Shown here piece after piece: positions 53,776 through 63,601 of a DNA stretch of 64,000 nt. The DNA comes from Polyangiaceae bacterium (GTDB taxonomy: Bacteria; Myxococcota_A; Polyangia; Polyangiales; Polyangiaceae). The DNA is taken from the NCBI GenBank assembly GCA_050287085.1, contig JBNKBE010000004.1:254722-318721 (forward strand), read 5' to 3'. The position numbers and the translations under genes were made by a program. Position 1 is the first letter of the stretch. Each line of letters opens with the position of its first letter. A model generated the notes under the pieces. That model was given only the letters and a program-made list of their open reading frames with translations, was not told where the DNA came from and did not search any database.

Positions 53776-53803
53776 TTGCAGTAGCACAATTGTGCTACTG
53801 CAA
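53776..53803. promoter_or_regulatory. Perfect 28-bp palindrome (candidate operator/UAS)
   Basis: TTGCAGTAGCACAA|TTGTGCTACTGCAA with no spacer, AT-rich, in a divergent intergenic region. Confidence 0.7.
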
Positions 53804-53965
53804 TATTTCACCAACACAGTGGCAACGCTCCCCCTCGAAGGGGGCCGCTTGGCGTTCGCGCAGAGGGGGGCACCCACAGCTGCCCCCCTCCGGCCCACCG
53901 GGACCGCCGAATGTTCCGCTCCGGTTGCGCCCCCCGGAGCTTCTGAGCCATGGTAACCGCGCCTC

Positions 53966-55294
53966 ATGATCCTGCGCGACCCGGTCCACGGCCTTGTCAG
54001 CTTCGAAGCCGAGGAAGTGCAGCTGGTTCAAGCGCTACTACAGGCACGCGAAGTCCAGCGCTTGCGCAGAATTCGCCAACTGGGGCTCGCATCGTTAGCT
54101 TACCCGGGAGCCGATCATACCCGTTTTTCCCACGCGTTGGGTGCCGCCCACGTGATGACGCGTTTGGTGGCCCGGCTGCGGCAGCTCGATGGGGAGCTCC
54201 CATATTGGCAGCGATTGACTTCGGAGCGCGCTCGAGATGCCGTGGTCGCCGCGTTGCTCCACGACGTCGGGCACGGTCCGTTCTCCCATCTCTTCGAAGC
54301 CGCGGTGCCCAACGCTCATCATCACGAGAGTTGGTCCAAACGCATCCTGCTGGACCCGCAGACGGAGGTTCATCAGATCCTGGCAGCGGCTGACCCGGCC
54401 ATGCCTACCCGTCTGACTCAATTGATCGCCGGGGAGCACGCTCTGCCCTACCTCGCGCACGCAGTAAGCGGCACATTCGACGTTGACCGCTGCGACTACC
54501 TGCTCCGGGATGCGTATTTCACTGGCGTCAGTTACGGTCGTTTTGACCTCGATTGGCTGCTTCGCAGCCTGCGCTTCGGGCGACCGTCGCCGTCGGGGGC
54601 CGCCCCGACGCTCGCTGTCGATGGGCTCAAGGGCGTGCCCGCGATCGAAAGCTTCGTCTTGGCGCGCTTATTCATGTTTCAGCAGGTCTACTTCCACAAG
54701 GCGAGCCGCGCGAGCGAGTGGGCCCTGGGGCGCATCTTGAGTCGCGCGGGGTACCTGCTCCGAAGCGGCACCAAGCTTCCCGGCACAGCGACGGGAATTG
54801 CGGAGCTGCTGATCCACGGCGAAACCACGCTCGCGCACTACCTGGCCCTGGATGACACCAGTTTGCTCCACGCCCTAGACACCTGGTGTGACGCCGCCGA
54901 CCCAACGCTTCGCGACTTGTGTTCACGCCTGCAGCGCCGCCGCTTGTTCAAGACTCATGAACTACACGGCCCGGACGCTAGCCCATCCCAGGCGCAAGCG
55001 CTGCTCGAGGTGGCTAGAGAGCTGGCCCGCGAACGCGGCTACGATCCAGAGTACTACGTGGGGCTGGACACGGCTCAGCTCGTGCCTTTCGACGACCGTC
55101 AGGACAGCCTACGAGTCGAGTTTCCGGATGGCCGGAGCTACCGACCCGAGGAAGTCTCATTCGTCTTGGGACGGCTCAATCGGCAGCCATTAACTCGGAC
55201 GCGTCTGTTGATGCCACCCGAACTCCGGGAGGAATGGCTGGAGCGTGCGACCTTGCGGCTCTGTGGCCCTGTGAACCAGGAGAGCCGTTCTTGA
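53966..55294 (+). CDS. HD-domain phosphohydrolase (SAMHD1/YwfO-like dNTPase family)
   Basis: DPVHG, QRLRRIRQLG, HTRFSHALG, LLHDVGHGPFSH, DVDRCDYL, VYFHK. Confidence 0.92.
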   Translation: MILRDPVHGLVSFEAEEVQLVQALLQAREVQRLRRIRQLGLASLAYPGADHTRFSHALGAAHVMTRLVARLRQLDGELPYWQRLTSERARDAVVAALLHDVGHGPFSHLFEAAVPNAHHHESWSKRILLDPQTEVHQILAAADPAMPTRLTQLIAGEHALPYLAHAVSGTFDVDRCDYLLRDAYFTGVSYGRFDLDWLLRSLRFGRPSPSGAAPTLAVDGLKGVPAIESFVLARLFMFQQVYFHKASRASEWALGRILSRAGYLLRSGTKLPGTATGIAELLIHGETTLAHYLALDDTSLLHALDTWCDAADPTLRDLCSRLQRRRLFKTHELHGPDASPSQAQALLEVARELARERGYDPEYYVGLDTAQLVPFDDRQDSLRVEFPDGRSYRPEEVSFVLGRLNRQPLTRTRLLMPPELREEWLERATLRLCGPVNQESRS

Positions 55295-55983
55295 ACGCCC
55301 GATGGCATTGGGGGCTGCTGCTCTCTGTCAGCAGCGTCCGCCTTGCCGGGGCCGAGCCGGTGGCGCAGTCGCCAACCGCTTCGGAGCCGGGCGTGGCCGT
55401 CCAGAGCCCCGCCGCCAACACCCCGGATGATACACCCCCGCGCCCGGTTGCATTGCCCTCGCAGGTTCAAGAGCAGCGCGTCCGGACTGACGGTGTATAT
55501 GGGCGTTTCGACGGGGATCTGGCGCTGGGGGCGCATCTGGGGGCGGAGCTAGGAGCGGATGAAGCTGGAGCGAAGCCACACCTACGCGTTTCAGCCAGCT
55601 ATTATCAAAGCCTGGGGCTAGTGCTTGCGCTTACGCCCCGCCGCGGGGAGCGTGCCCCCACAACCCTCGGCGCAGCGCTCGAAGTAACGCCCCTCTTTTT
55701 GCCTCGCTGGGTGCTCGACCTCGAGCAAGGACCTCCACTGATAGATCTGATAGTCGATTCCGTGGCGGTCTCCGGCCTGGTGCAAGTGGACGCTGGGGCG
55801 CAGGGCGTCGCTCCTCGCTTCGCACTCGGCGGGGGATTGGGTGTACCGCTGCAGCAAGACGCTCAAGGGTTCTGGTTGCTCATGCGCGCCCACGCACCGG
55901 TTGCGGGGCAAGGTGCGGCCACCCTCACCCTTACCCTCGGGTATACGGGTTTCGTGGAAACCGAACTTGTCAAATCACCTTAG
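55291..55983 (+). CDS. Hypothetical exported protein (beta-strand rich)
   Basis: TTG start overlaps the HD stop; signal peptide; DGVYGRFDGDL followed by amphipathic strands. Confidence 0.6.
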   Translation: MNARWHWGLLLSVSSVRLAGAEPVAQSPTASEPGVAVQSPAANTPDDTPPRPVALPSQVQEQRVRTDGVYGRFDGDLALGAHLGAELGADEAGAKPHLRVSASYYQSLGLVLALTPRRGERAPTTLGAALEVTPLFLPRWVLDLEQGPPLIDLIVDSVAVSGLVQVDAGAQGVAPRFALGGGLGVPLQQDAQGFWLLMRAHAPVAGQGAATLTLTLGYTGFVETELVKSP

Positions 55984-56016
55984 GCAGCCGAGCTTATGGT
56001 CAGTCCCGAGTTGCGG

Positions 56017-57192
56017 TCAGCCTCGCGCCAGGGTGCTGTCGGACGACGCCAGCCCGGGGAGGTCCCTGAGTACGCTCCCCCGCTCCCGGATTGCCTGCTC
56101 CACCGCTTGTCGCTCTCGCTCCAGAAAGTCCTCCACCACGCGGGTCAGGACTGGATGACGGAGCTCATGAGCGCTGTAGGTCACCGTGGGGTCAAAGCCC
56201 CGTGCGACCTTGTGTTCACCCCCGGCACCGGGCTCGAAGCATTCGAGTCCCTCTTCGATGCAGAATTCTATCCCTGCGTAGTAGCACACATTGAAATGCA
56301 AGAATCGTTCGTCGCGATCGGCACCCCAGTAGCGTCCGAATAGTCGATTGCCTCCGCGGTAGTCCAAAGCCCCAGCCATGGGTCGCTGGGAACCTCGCTC
56401 ATAGGCCAATACCACCACCAACGATGACTTCATGACGCCGGCGAGCTCTTCGAAGAACGCGCGAGTCAGGTAGCGCCTGCCCCAAACGTGCTTGTCCACC
56501 GTGCTGCTATAGAAGCGATACAGGTGATCGACGACATCCGGCGTCAGCTGTTCGGCTGTAAGAGTTCGCAGTTCAAGCCCGGCCTCGGCGATCGCTCGTC
56601 GTTCTCGGTTGAGTTGCTTTCGCTTCTTCGACGGGTAGCGCGCTAGAAAGTCGTCGAAGGTGTCATAGCCGGCGTTGTGCCAATGGTACTGGATGCCATG
56701 GCGTAGCAACATTCCGGCCTTGGCCAAGGCCGTTGCTTCTTCTTTTCTGGGAAACAGCACATGTGCACTCGATACCCCCGCTTTCGAGCACAACGTCTGC
56801 AGGCCCTGCACGAACGCGGCGGTCAGTGCCGGATCAAGCTCCTTGCACAACAAGCGCGGACCCGTGGCGGGCGTAAACGGACTGGCCACTACCAGCTTCG
56901 GATAATACTCGTGCTTGAGCCGTTCGTACGCAAACTGGGCCCATGCATGATCGAATACGAACTCGCCTTCGCTATTGCCCTTGAAGAAGGCTGGCGCCGC
57001 GGCCGCCAGGGATTCACCGTGTTCTACTGTGATGTAGGCCGGGTGCCAGCCTGACTCGGGAGTGAGGCAATCGCTGTCTTCCAGAATCCGAAAGAAGTCC
57101 CAGCGTAGGAAGGGTTCTCCTGACGGGACGAGCGCGTCCCACGCGGAGCGTGGAATGTCGCGAATGCTTGCATGAGCCTTTAGGGCATACAC
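56017..57192 (-). CDS. FemAB-like GNAT protein (DUF482 type)
   Basis: SEGEFVFDHAWA, YYPKL..PFTPATGPR, GRYWG, LHFNVCYY, GAGGEHKVARGF. Confidence 0.9.
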   Translation of the reverse strand: MYALKAHASIRDIPRSAWDALVPSGEPFLRWDFFRILEDSDCLTPESGWHPAYITVEHGESLAAAAPAFFKGNSEGEFVFDHAWAQFAYERLKHEYYPKLVVASPFTPATGPRLLCKELDPALTAAFVQGLQTLCSKAGVSSAHVLFPRKEEATALAKAGMLLRHGIQYHWHNAGYDTFDDFLARYPSKKRKQLNRERRAIAEAGLELRTLTAEQLTPDVVDHLYRFYSSTVDKHVWGRRYLTRAFFEELAGVMKSSLVVVLAYERGSQRPMAGALDYRGGNRLFGRYWGADRDERFLHFNVCYYAGIEFCIEEGLECFEPGAGGEHKVARGFDPTVTYSAHELRHPVLTRVVEDFLERERQAVEQAIRERGSVLRDLPGLASSDSTLARG

Positions 57193-57464
57193 ATCGTGTC
57201 TTTCGCTGCGACGTCTCGAAGGGGGATAGCCCCGTCTACCTGCAACTCCAGTCCGCAGAATACAAGCGCTTCGCGCCACTCGACTGCGAAAATGATCGAC
57301 TCAGCGCTTCCATCGCGGACCTCTGAGTAGCCAGGGGAGCCGTCGGACGATCGGTCCGGAATCCGAAACGCGTACTAGTCAGACTCTCTCGATCCTTGCG
57401 TTGGCTTTTCAGCTATACAGCGATGGGACCCAGGTCACGCTAGGTCCAATATTCGCTCCTTCTC

Positions 57465-58511
57465 ATGCTTTTCGATCTTGCGCTCATAGTGGCCGGGGGG
57501 GCTCTATTGTACTGGGGCGCCGAGTGGCTCGTGGCAGGCGCAGCCGCGCTCGCTGCGAGTCTCGGCGTGGGTCAACTCGCCATTGGGCTGACAGTGCTCG
57601 CCGCCGGCACCAGCGCGCCGGAGTTGGTAGTGAGCCTGGTTGCGGGGCTACAGGGGGAAAGCGCGCTAGCATTTGGCAACGTCGTTGGCTCCAACATCGC
57701 CAACATTGGACTGGTGCTGGGCCTGACGACGCTGATCCACCCCCCGCGCGTCGACGGGCGGCTGTTCAAGCGGGAGATTCCGTTCCTATTGGTGGCCACG
57801 CTTGCGACTGGGCCCGTTCTGTTGAATGGCCAGATAGACCGCTACGAAGGGGTGGCGTTCCTGGCCGCCGCGATCGCCTTCATTCTCGGTTCATTCAAGC
57901 GCGCGGAGCAGTCTGGCGCGCCCGAATCGCAGCTCCTCGAATCGCAGCTCCCCGAATCGCAGCTCCCCGAATCGCAGCTCCCCGAATCGCAGCTCCCCGA
58001 ATCGCAGGCCATCCCGGAGACCGCAGACGTCCCCAAGGTTGCCGCGGCGCCGGGAGAGCGCTCGCGAACGGTTCTGATCTTGTGGTCGCTCTTGGGCCTG
58101 GTCACCCTGGTAGCTGGCGGGGAGCTCTTCGTGCATGGCGCGGCTTCCTTAGCCCAGGCATTGGGCGTGAGTGAGCGGGTGATCGGTTTGACCCTGGTCG
58201 CCTTGGGAACCTCCTTGCCCGAGCTTGCAGCGTCCCTGGTGGCCGGCTTTCGGGGTCACGTAGACCTCGCCGTCGGCAACATCTTGGGCTCGAATCTGTT
58301 CAATATTCTCTTCATTCTGGGGGCCGTTTCGACCGTAACGCCGATCCACGCGCGGCTCGTTGAGGTGCGCGTGGATCTCATCGTGATGACGGTTATGACC
58401 GGGCTGGTTGCCGTGGCACTGCGCAAGCCCAGAACCCTCACCCGCGCTGAGGGAGCCACCTGGCTGGGGCTGTACGCGGGATTCATAGGACTCCTTGCCG
58501 TGACCGGCTAG
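57465..58511 (+). CDS. Ca2+/Na+ (cation) antiporter, YrbG family
   Basis: Two alpha repeats, GTSAPE...GNVVGSNIAN and GTSLPE...GNILGSNLFN. Confidence 0.93.
   Translation: MLFDLALIVAGGALLYWGAEWLVAGAAALAASLGVGQLAIGLTVLAAGTSAPELVVSLVAGLQGESALAFGNVVGSNIANIGLVLGLTTLIHPPRVDGRLFKREIPFLLVATLATGPVLLNGQIDRYEGVAFLAAAIAFILGSFKRAEQSGAPESQLLESQLPESQLPESQLPESQLPESQAIPETADVPKVAAAPGERSRTVLILWSLLGLVTLVAGGELFVHGAASLAQALGVSERVIGLTLVALGTSLPELAASLVAGFRGHVDLAVGNILGSNLFNILFILGAVSTVTPIHARLVEVRVDLIVMTVMTGLVAVALRKPRTLTRAEGATWLGLYAGFIGLLAVTG
57921..58007 (+). repeat. 15-bp coding tandem repeat x~5.8 (PESQL)
   Basis: CCCGAATCGCAGCTC units in the central loop of the antiporter. Confidence 0.95.
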
Positions 58512-58592
58512 CCACGGGTGCCGCCCTGCTCTGCTGCGGCGTGGGGCCGCTAGATGGTTTTACACGCTCCGCCAATCGGCTATAGCGCTTCT

Positions 58593-59747
58593 ATGATGCC
58601 GTGGATTCGTCGCACGACGGCGATCGTTCTGGTGACCCTGTTCGGATGCAGCTCGCGGAGCAGCGCCCCGCCCGCCACCACTCCGCCCCCTCAACCCGGC
58701 TATGCGCCCTACCCCGGACAGTACCCGGCGGGACAGAACCCCCCGCCCTTCGGCGGTCAGCCGCAGCCCTATCCTCAGGCGCAGCCCTATCCTCAGGCGC
58801 AGCCCTATCCTCAGGCGCAGCCCTATCCTCAGGCGCAGCCCTATCCTCAGCCGCAGCCCTATCCTCAGCCGAGTCCCCAGCCCGTCCCGACGTCGCCGCC
58901 TCCCGCCGTCACCAGTCCCGGACAGGCTGCAAGCGATCCGATCACCACTCGCGACATAATGTGGCTGCGCGGCGCTGCGCAGAACGTTATTGGCGAGCTC
59001 ATCGCTGCATTGCCCGGCGCCAAGCGTGGCCGCGTCGAAGGGATCCCCCTTGTGATCGACGATACGCCGGGTGAGGTAAACGCCTTTGCTTCCTGCACGA
59101 AGTCCGGCCAAAGTGCGATGGCGATCACCGACGGATTGCTTCAGGTCGAAGCGGTATTGGCTCAAGCCGAGGCTCACGACGAGGTGTTTGGCACGAACAA
59201 GGTGGATGAAGTCATCCGCCTGATGGCGCAGTCGTTGCGTCCCAACACGCCAGTCCCAACGCCGCCTCCGGGGTTCTTCCCGGGCGCGGCCGATCCGCGG
59301 GTACTTGCGCGGCAACACCAAGTGCTGGAGGAACAGGTGGCGTTCGTATTGGGGCACGAGCTCGGACATCATCATCTCGGGCATCTTCCGTGCACAGCAA
59401 CGGCCGATCCTACCGGCGTCGCGGAAGCCGGTAGGATCCTCTCCAACGCCGTGCCCGTATTCAATCAGCCCAACGAAGTCGCCGCTGATCTGGCCGGTGT
59501 ACAAGACGTGTTGGACGCCGGACGAACCCGTGCCGCGCGAGGGGCCTACGCCTGGACCGAAGGGGGCGGCTTGCTGACTATGCGCTTCTTCTCAGGATTC
59601 AGTCAACTCACCCCGGGGGCGCTGCTGACCGCTTTCGAGCGTTCGCACCCACCGCCGCAACTGCGCATTCCGGTGATTCAACAGGCGGCGCGCAATTGGC
59701 GCAGTGGGGGTCAAGCGGTCCCCTTTCCTGGGCTGCCCGGCTTCTGA
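58593..59747 (+). CDS. M48-like zinc metallopeptidase lipoprotein
   Basis: Lipobox [35 protein letters not shown]. Confidence 0.85.
   Translation: MMPWIRRTTAIVLVTLFGCSSRSSAPPATTPPPQPGYAPYPGQYPAGQNPPPFGGQPQPYPQAQPYPQAQPYPQAQPYPQAQPYPQPQPYPQPSPQPVPTSPPPAVTSPGQAASDPITTRDIMWLRGAAQNVIGELIAALPGAKRGRVEGIPLVIDDTPGEVNAFASCTKSGQSAMAITDGLLQVEAVLAQAEAHDEVFGTNKVDEVIRLMAQSLRPNTPVPTPPPGFFPGAADPRVLARQHQVLEEQVAFVLGHELGHHHLGHLPCTATADPTGVAEAGRILSNAVPVFNQPNEVAADLAGVQDVLDAGRTRAARGAYAWTEGGGLLTMRFFSGFSQLTPGALLTAFERSHPPPQLRIPVIQQAARNWRSGGQAVPFPGLPGF
58764..58868 (+). repeat. 18-bp coding tandem repeat x~6 (QPYPQA)
   Basis: CAGCCCTATCCTCAG(G/C)CG units. Confidence 0.95.
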
Positions 59748-59805
59748 ACCGAGCCGCGATACGCAGCGGGCAACACAAATTTCCCTTGGCCGACTCTGAC
59801 ACGCA

Positions 59806-60858
59806 ATGAGCCAAGAGAAGACCGAAGCCCCCACACCTCGTCGACTTGAGCGCGCCCGGCAGCGGGGCGATCATCCCCTTTCCTCAGCACTCGTGCAGGC
59901 GGCCAGCGGGATCGCCGTCATGACAGCACTCCCGGGCGCCCTCGTCCTTCTCGTCGGTGGGGTTTGGAGGCTCTTTCAGTCGGCTGTTGAGCCAGGTGCT
60001 GTCGCCCGCGGTGTCGCTCGCAGCACGGAACTCAGCCTCCAGGCGATGACGTTGGCAAGCGCTGTGGTAGTGCCCCTCCTTCTGGTCGGCGCGGGGGCGG
60101 CATTTGTCGTCGGAGCCGCACAGACTCAAGCACGCATCGCCCCGGAGCGAATTGCTCCAAACCTGGAGGGGCTGAATCTGGCGAAGGGCTTTGGCCGTCT
60201 GCTTGACGCTTCGCGGCTGTTTTCTCTGGCGCGCGCGGCCGGCTCCGCGCTTTTCGTCAGCGCGACGGCGTGGTGGCTCTTATCCGACTCCATCACATCG
60301 CTCGTTGCCAGCGCGGGTGAACTGGGCGCGGCTTTGCCAACGGCCACACGCCTGTGTCGAAGCCTGCTATGGGCTGGGCTGTTGGCCAGCGCGCTTCTCG
60401 CCGCCATCGACGTTCTGGTCTCGCGTCGCACATGGCTCCGCCGCTTGCGCATGAGCCCAGACGAGATCAAGCGTGAGCACAAGGACAACGAAGGCGATCC
60501 AGCGGTCAAGGCCGAGCGACAACGAGCCTATCAGGAGATGCTGCGCAGCATCGAGCTGGGCAACCTCCGTGACGCCACGGTGGTCATTGTGAACCCCACG
60601 CACGTGGCGACGGCGCTGCGCTATGACCCGAGTGGTGATGGAGCGCCGGTTGTGATCGCCAAAGGTCAAGACCACCAAGCGCAGGCGATCCGAGACGCCG
60701 CGCGCGCCTATGGCGTCCCAGTGGTACGCGACGTGGCGGTTGCGCGAGCCCTCTACGCACTGGACCTAGGCGAGGAGATCCCGGGGGAGTTGTTTCAGGC
60801 GGTCGCCGAAATTCTCCACGAGTTGTATCAGCTGAGCGGCGAGAATGAAGACGGCTGA
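59806..60858 (+). CDS. FlhB/SctU (YscU/EscU) type III export apparatus switch protein
   Basis: EKTEAPTPRRLERARQRG, four TM segments, LRMSPDEIKREHKDNEGDP, NPTH autocleavage site, EEIPGELFQAVAEIL. Confidence 0.92.
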   Translation: MSQEKTEAPTPRRLERARQRGDHPLSSALVQAASGIAVMTALPGALVLLVGGVWRLFQSAVEPGAVARGVARSTELSLQAMTLASAVVVPLLLVGAGAAFVVGAAQTQARIAPERIAPNLEGLNLAKGFGRLLDASRLFSLARAAGSALFVSATAWWLLSDSITSLVASAGELGAALPTATRLCRSLLWAGLLASALLAAIDVLVSRRTWLRRLRMSPDEIKREHKDNEGDPAVKAERQRAYQEMLRSIELGNLRDATVVIVNPTHVATALRYDPSGDGAPVVIAKGQDHQAQAIRDAARAYGVPVVRDVAVARALYALDLGEEIPGELFQAVAEILHELYQLSGENEDG

Positions 60859-60890
60859 GGGCCGCTCCGAGCCGTGCTCCGCCCTCTCCT

Positions 60891-62027
60891 TCATGGCCCG
60901 GGCGAAAGAGCGGCCGCGACTGCTTGCCACTCCGCGGCCGCGTCCTCCTGATCGGCATTGGCCGCAAGCTGGGCCAATAGCGATACGCTCGCGCGCTCGC
61001 CTGTTGGATCGTTCCAGGCCCGGGCGTGTGCGAGGGCGAGGAGGCCCTGAAGCAACGCCTCTTCGCTGCGCTGGGTCACGGCAAGGCCCAGCGCGTAGGC
61101 CAGCAGTGCCCTGCTGGCTTCCCGCTGCTGTCTGGAAGCGGCGAGGCTCGCTGCCGCCTCCAGCTGTTCAAGACCCGCTTGAGAGCGCCCCTCCACAATG
61201 GCCACGAGCGCTCCGATTCGCTCTTGCGTGCCGGCGCTTGCGCCTGCTCGTAGCAGCTGGCGCAGGTCGCTCACGTGGCCTCTTTGCAACCGCTCGATGG
61301 CATTGAGCGGCGGCGCGTCGACGCGTGCACCGGTGGGCTTTGGCGGGGGGGACCCCAAACTTTGGCCTGCCGCCCATTGGGCCGAACGTCGCAGAGCGGC
61401 GCGCAAGGGCAGTAGGGATTGATACGAGGGGCGTATGCGACTCGCTTCTCGTTCCGGTCGGGGTGGCCGCGGCGCCTCGGGCTTGCGGGGGGCGCGCGTC
61501 CGGAGCATCGACTGACGCCCGTGTGCGGGCTTTGGAGGGGGCGAGACGCTAGGGCGCCTTCTCGGCACCAGCAGCGCGCTGTCAACCCGTTGACCCGCGA
61601 TCACAACAGGTATAGCCCCCTCGCTCTGCGACGCACCCTCGAGCCTCGCCTCCAATTCCGGATCGACCAGGACTTCTCCGAAACAAGCACACGCCGCGAG
61701 CGCTTCGCTGGCCGCCAGCGCGTGCCCGGAGGGACGGACGCTTCCGACGCGCCCGGCGCTAAAGGCGAGCCGCCCGAGCGCGATCCCTACGGCCAGGGCA
61801 GGCCGCGACCGAACCAAAGCAAGCGCAGCCGACACAACGCCCGGTGAATAGTCCAGAGCGAAGGCGTAGCTGCAGCGATCACTCCGCCACGCCACCAACT
61901 CACCGCCGCACGCGGACAGCTCATCGAGAAGGCTCGCGTTGCCCGGCTCGTCGAGCCTCCCGTGAACGCGAGCGCACAGCAGAACTCGTTCACTGCCGGC
62001 GCTCGCCTCGATCGGCTCGGTGCTCAT
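60891..62027 (-). CDS. Degenerate class III nucleotidyl-cyclase-like domain + Pro-rich linker + TPR-like helices
   Basis: AVGIALG...GHALAASEALA...GEVLVDP resembles RIGIHxG...GxxVNxAARL...GEVLVS. Confidence 0.55.
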   Translation of the reverse strand: MSTEPIEASAGSERVLLCARVHGRLDEPGNASLLDELSACGGELVAWRSDRCSYAFALDYSPGVVSAALALVRSRPALAVGIALGRLAFSAGRVGSVRPSGHALAASEALAACACFGEVLVDPELEARLEGASQSEGAIPVVIAGQRVDSALLVPRRRPSVSPPPKPAHGRQSMLRTRAPRKPEAPRPPRPEREASRIRPSYQSLLPLRAALRRSAQWAAGQSLGSPPPKPTGARVDAPPLNAIERLQRGHVSDLRQLLRAGASAGTQERIGALVAIVEGRSQAGLEQLEAAASLAASRQQREASRALLAYALGLAVTQRSEEALLQGLLALAHARAWNDPTGERASVSLLAQLAANADQEDAAAEWQAVAAALSPGP

Positions 62028-62052
62028 GACTTGACCCGCGCTCGCTGAGCCG

Positions 62053-63459
62053 TCAGCGGTTGGCGATGTGAATCGCCTGCCCCAAGGCCGCAGCGCTCGC
62101 TTCCATCAGGGCTTCGCCCAAGGTCGGATGCGGGTGGATGGAGAGGGCAATGTCTGTGGCGGTGGCGCCCATCTCGACGGCCAAGACGGCCTCACTGATC
62201 AGATCTGAAGCGGAGGGGCCACAGACGGTGATGCCCAGGACGACGTCGGTCTTCTTGTCTCGAACGACCTTCACAAACCCCTCCGTTTCGCGAATGCTCA
62301 TCGCGCGCCCGAGCACCGAAAACGGAAACCGTCCAACCTGAACGTCGTGTCCCTCGGCGATAGCGTCGTCCGCCGTGAGCCCTGCCTGCGCAATCTCCGG
62401 ATGAGTGAAGATGATCCCGGGCACCGTACGCCAGTCTTTGCCTGCCTTGTGCCCTGCGATCACCTCGGCCGCCACTTCGCCTTCTTTCGAAGCCTTATGG
62501 GCCAGCATAGGCGCCCCGCTGACGTCTCCGATGGCGTAAACGCCCGGCACATTGGTACGGCACGTATCATCGGTGGGGACAAAACCGCGTTGATCGATGT
62601 GCACACCGATCTCCTCCAGTCCGATCCCGCGCGAACGCGGTTTCATACCAACGGCCACGAGCACCTGGTCGCAGCGTACCTCAACCGTCTTCTCCCCTTG
62701 CTGCGCAGTGACCACCACCTCATCGCCTTCGAGACGATAGCCCTTGGCTTGAGTGCCGGTGTAGATCTCGGCGCCGTGCTTCTTCAGGTGGCGCTCCACC
62801 AGCTTGACCGCATCCTTATCATTGCCCGGAAGGAGCGTGGGCGACAGTTCCAGCACGGTCAGCTGGCTGCCAAAGGTCTGGTACACGCTGCCAAGCTCCA
62901 GACCGATGACGCCGCCGCCAATGACCACCAGTCGCTTCGGGACCTGCCGCAGGCTCACCGCCTCACGAGCGCCGATGATGCGCTGGCCGTCAAATTCGAA
63001 ACCTGGGATCTGGATGGTGGCAGAGCCGGTAGCAAGTACGATCCCTTTCGTCGCCTCGACCGTCACCTGGCTACCATCCGCTCGCGTCACGGCAACGCTC
63101 TGGGGGCTGATCAGGCGCCCCATGCCTTCGATCAGGGTGGCTCCATTGTTTTTGAGGAGCCCCCGCACGCCGCCGGTGAGCTTCTTGATGATGCCGCCCT
63201 TCCAGTCCTGCATCTTGTCGACATCCAGGCGCACGTCGCCGAAAGAAAGCCCCACTTCCTCGCCCGACTTTGCCTTGTCGTAGAGGTGGGCGTTGCTGAT
63301 GAGCGCTTTGGAAGGGATGCAGCCCCAGTTGAGACAGACGCCCCCGACTTCTTCGCCTTCGATGCAACACACTTTTTGCCCGAGCTGAGCGAGTCGGATC
63401 GCGCATACGTATCCGCCCGGGCCACCACCGAGAACAATCGCGTCGTAAGTCTCTGACAT
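62053..63459 (-). CDS. lpdA: Dihydrolipoyl dehydrogenase
   Basis: GGGPGG, GGVCLNWGCIPSK, GGGVIG, MLAHKA, HPHPTLGE. Confidence 0.97.
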   Translation of the reverse strand: MSETYDAIVLGGGPGGYVCAIRLAQLGQKVCCIEGEEVGGVCLNWGCIPSKALISNAHLYDKAKSGEEVGLSFGDVRLDVDKMQDWKGGIIKKLTGGVRGLLKNNGATLIEGMGRLISPQSVAVTRADGSQVTVEATKGIVLATGSATIQIPGFEFDGQRIIGAREAVSLRQVPKRLVVIGGGVIGLELGSVYQTFGSQLTVLELSPTLLPGNDKDAVKLVERHLKKHGAEIYTGTQAKGYRLEGDEVVVTAQQGEKTVEVRCDQVLVAVGMKPRSRGIGLEEIGVHIDQRGFVPTDDTCRTNVPGVYAIGDVSGAPMLAHKASKEGEVAAEVIAGHKAGKDWRTVPGIIFTHPEIAQAGLTADDAIAEGHDVQVGRFPFSVLGRAMSIRETEGFVKVVRDKKTDVVLGITVCGPSASDLISEAVLAVEMGATATDIALSIHPHPTLGEALMEASAAALGQAIHIANR

Positions 63460-63601
63460 ATCAGGGACGCTTAACGGGAAACGCGAAGCTTGCCAAGCCT
63501 GGCGAAGGCGATCGCAAAAATGGAAATCACGACTGGCAAGGGACGCCTAGCGGCGCCGAAAGTCTCTTCCTGCTGCGCCCAGTACGCGAGCGGCCGAACG
63601 A

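Noticed and set aside
8846..63456. Long antisense ORFs (e.g. 8846-9979, 21349-22299, 39435-40775, 41941-43050, 62347-63456)
   Set aside because: Shadows of well-supported genes on the opposite strand caused by GC-rich codon bias.
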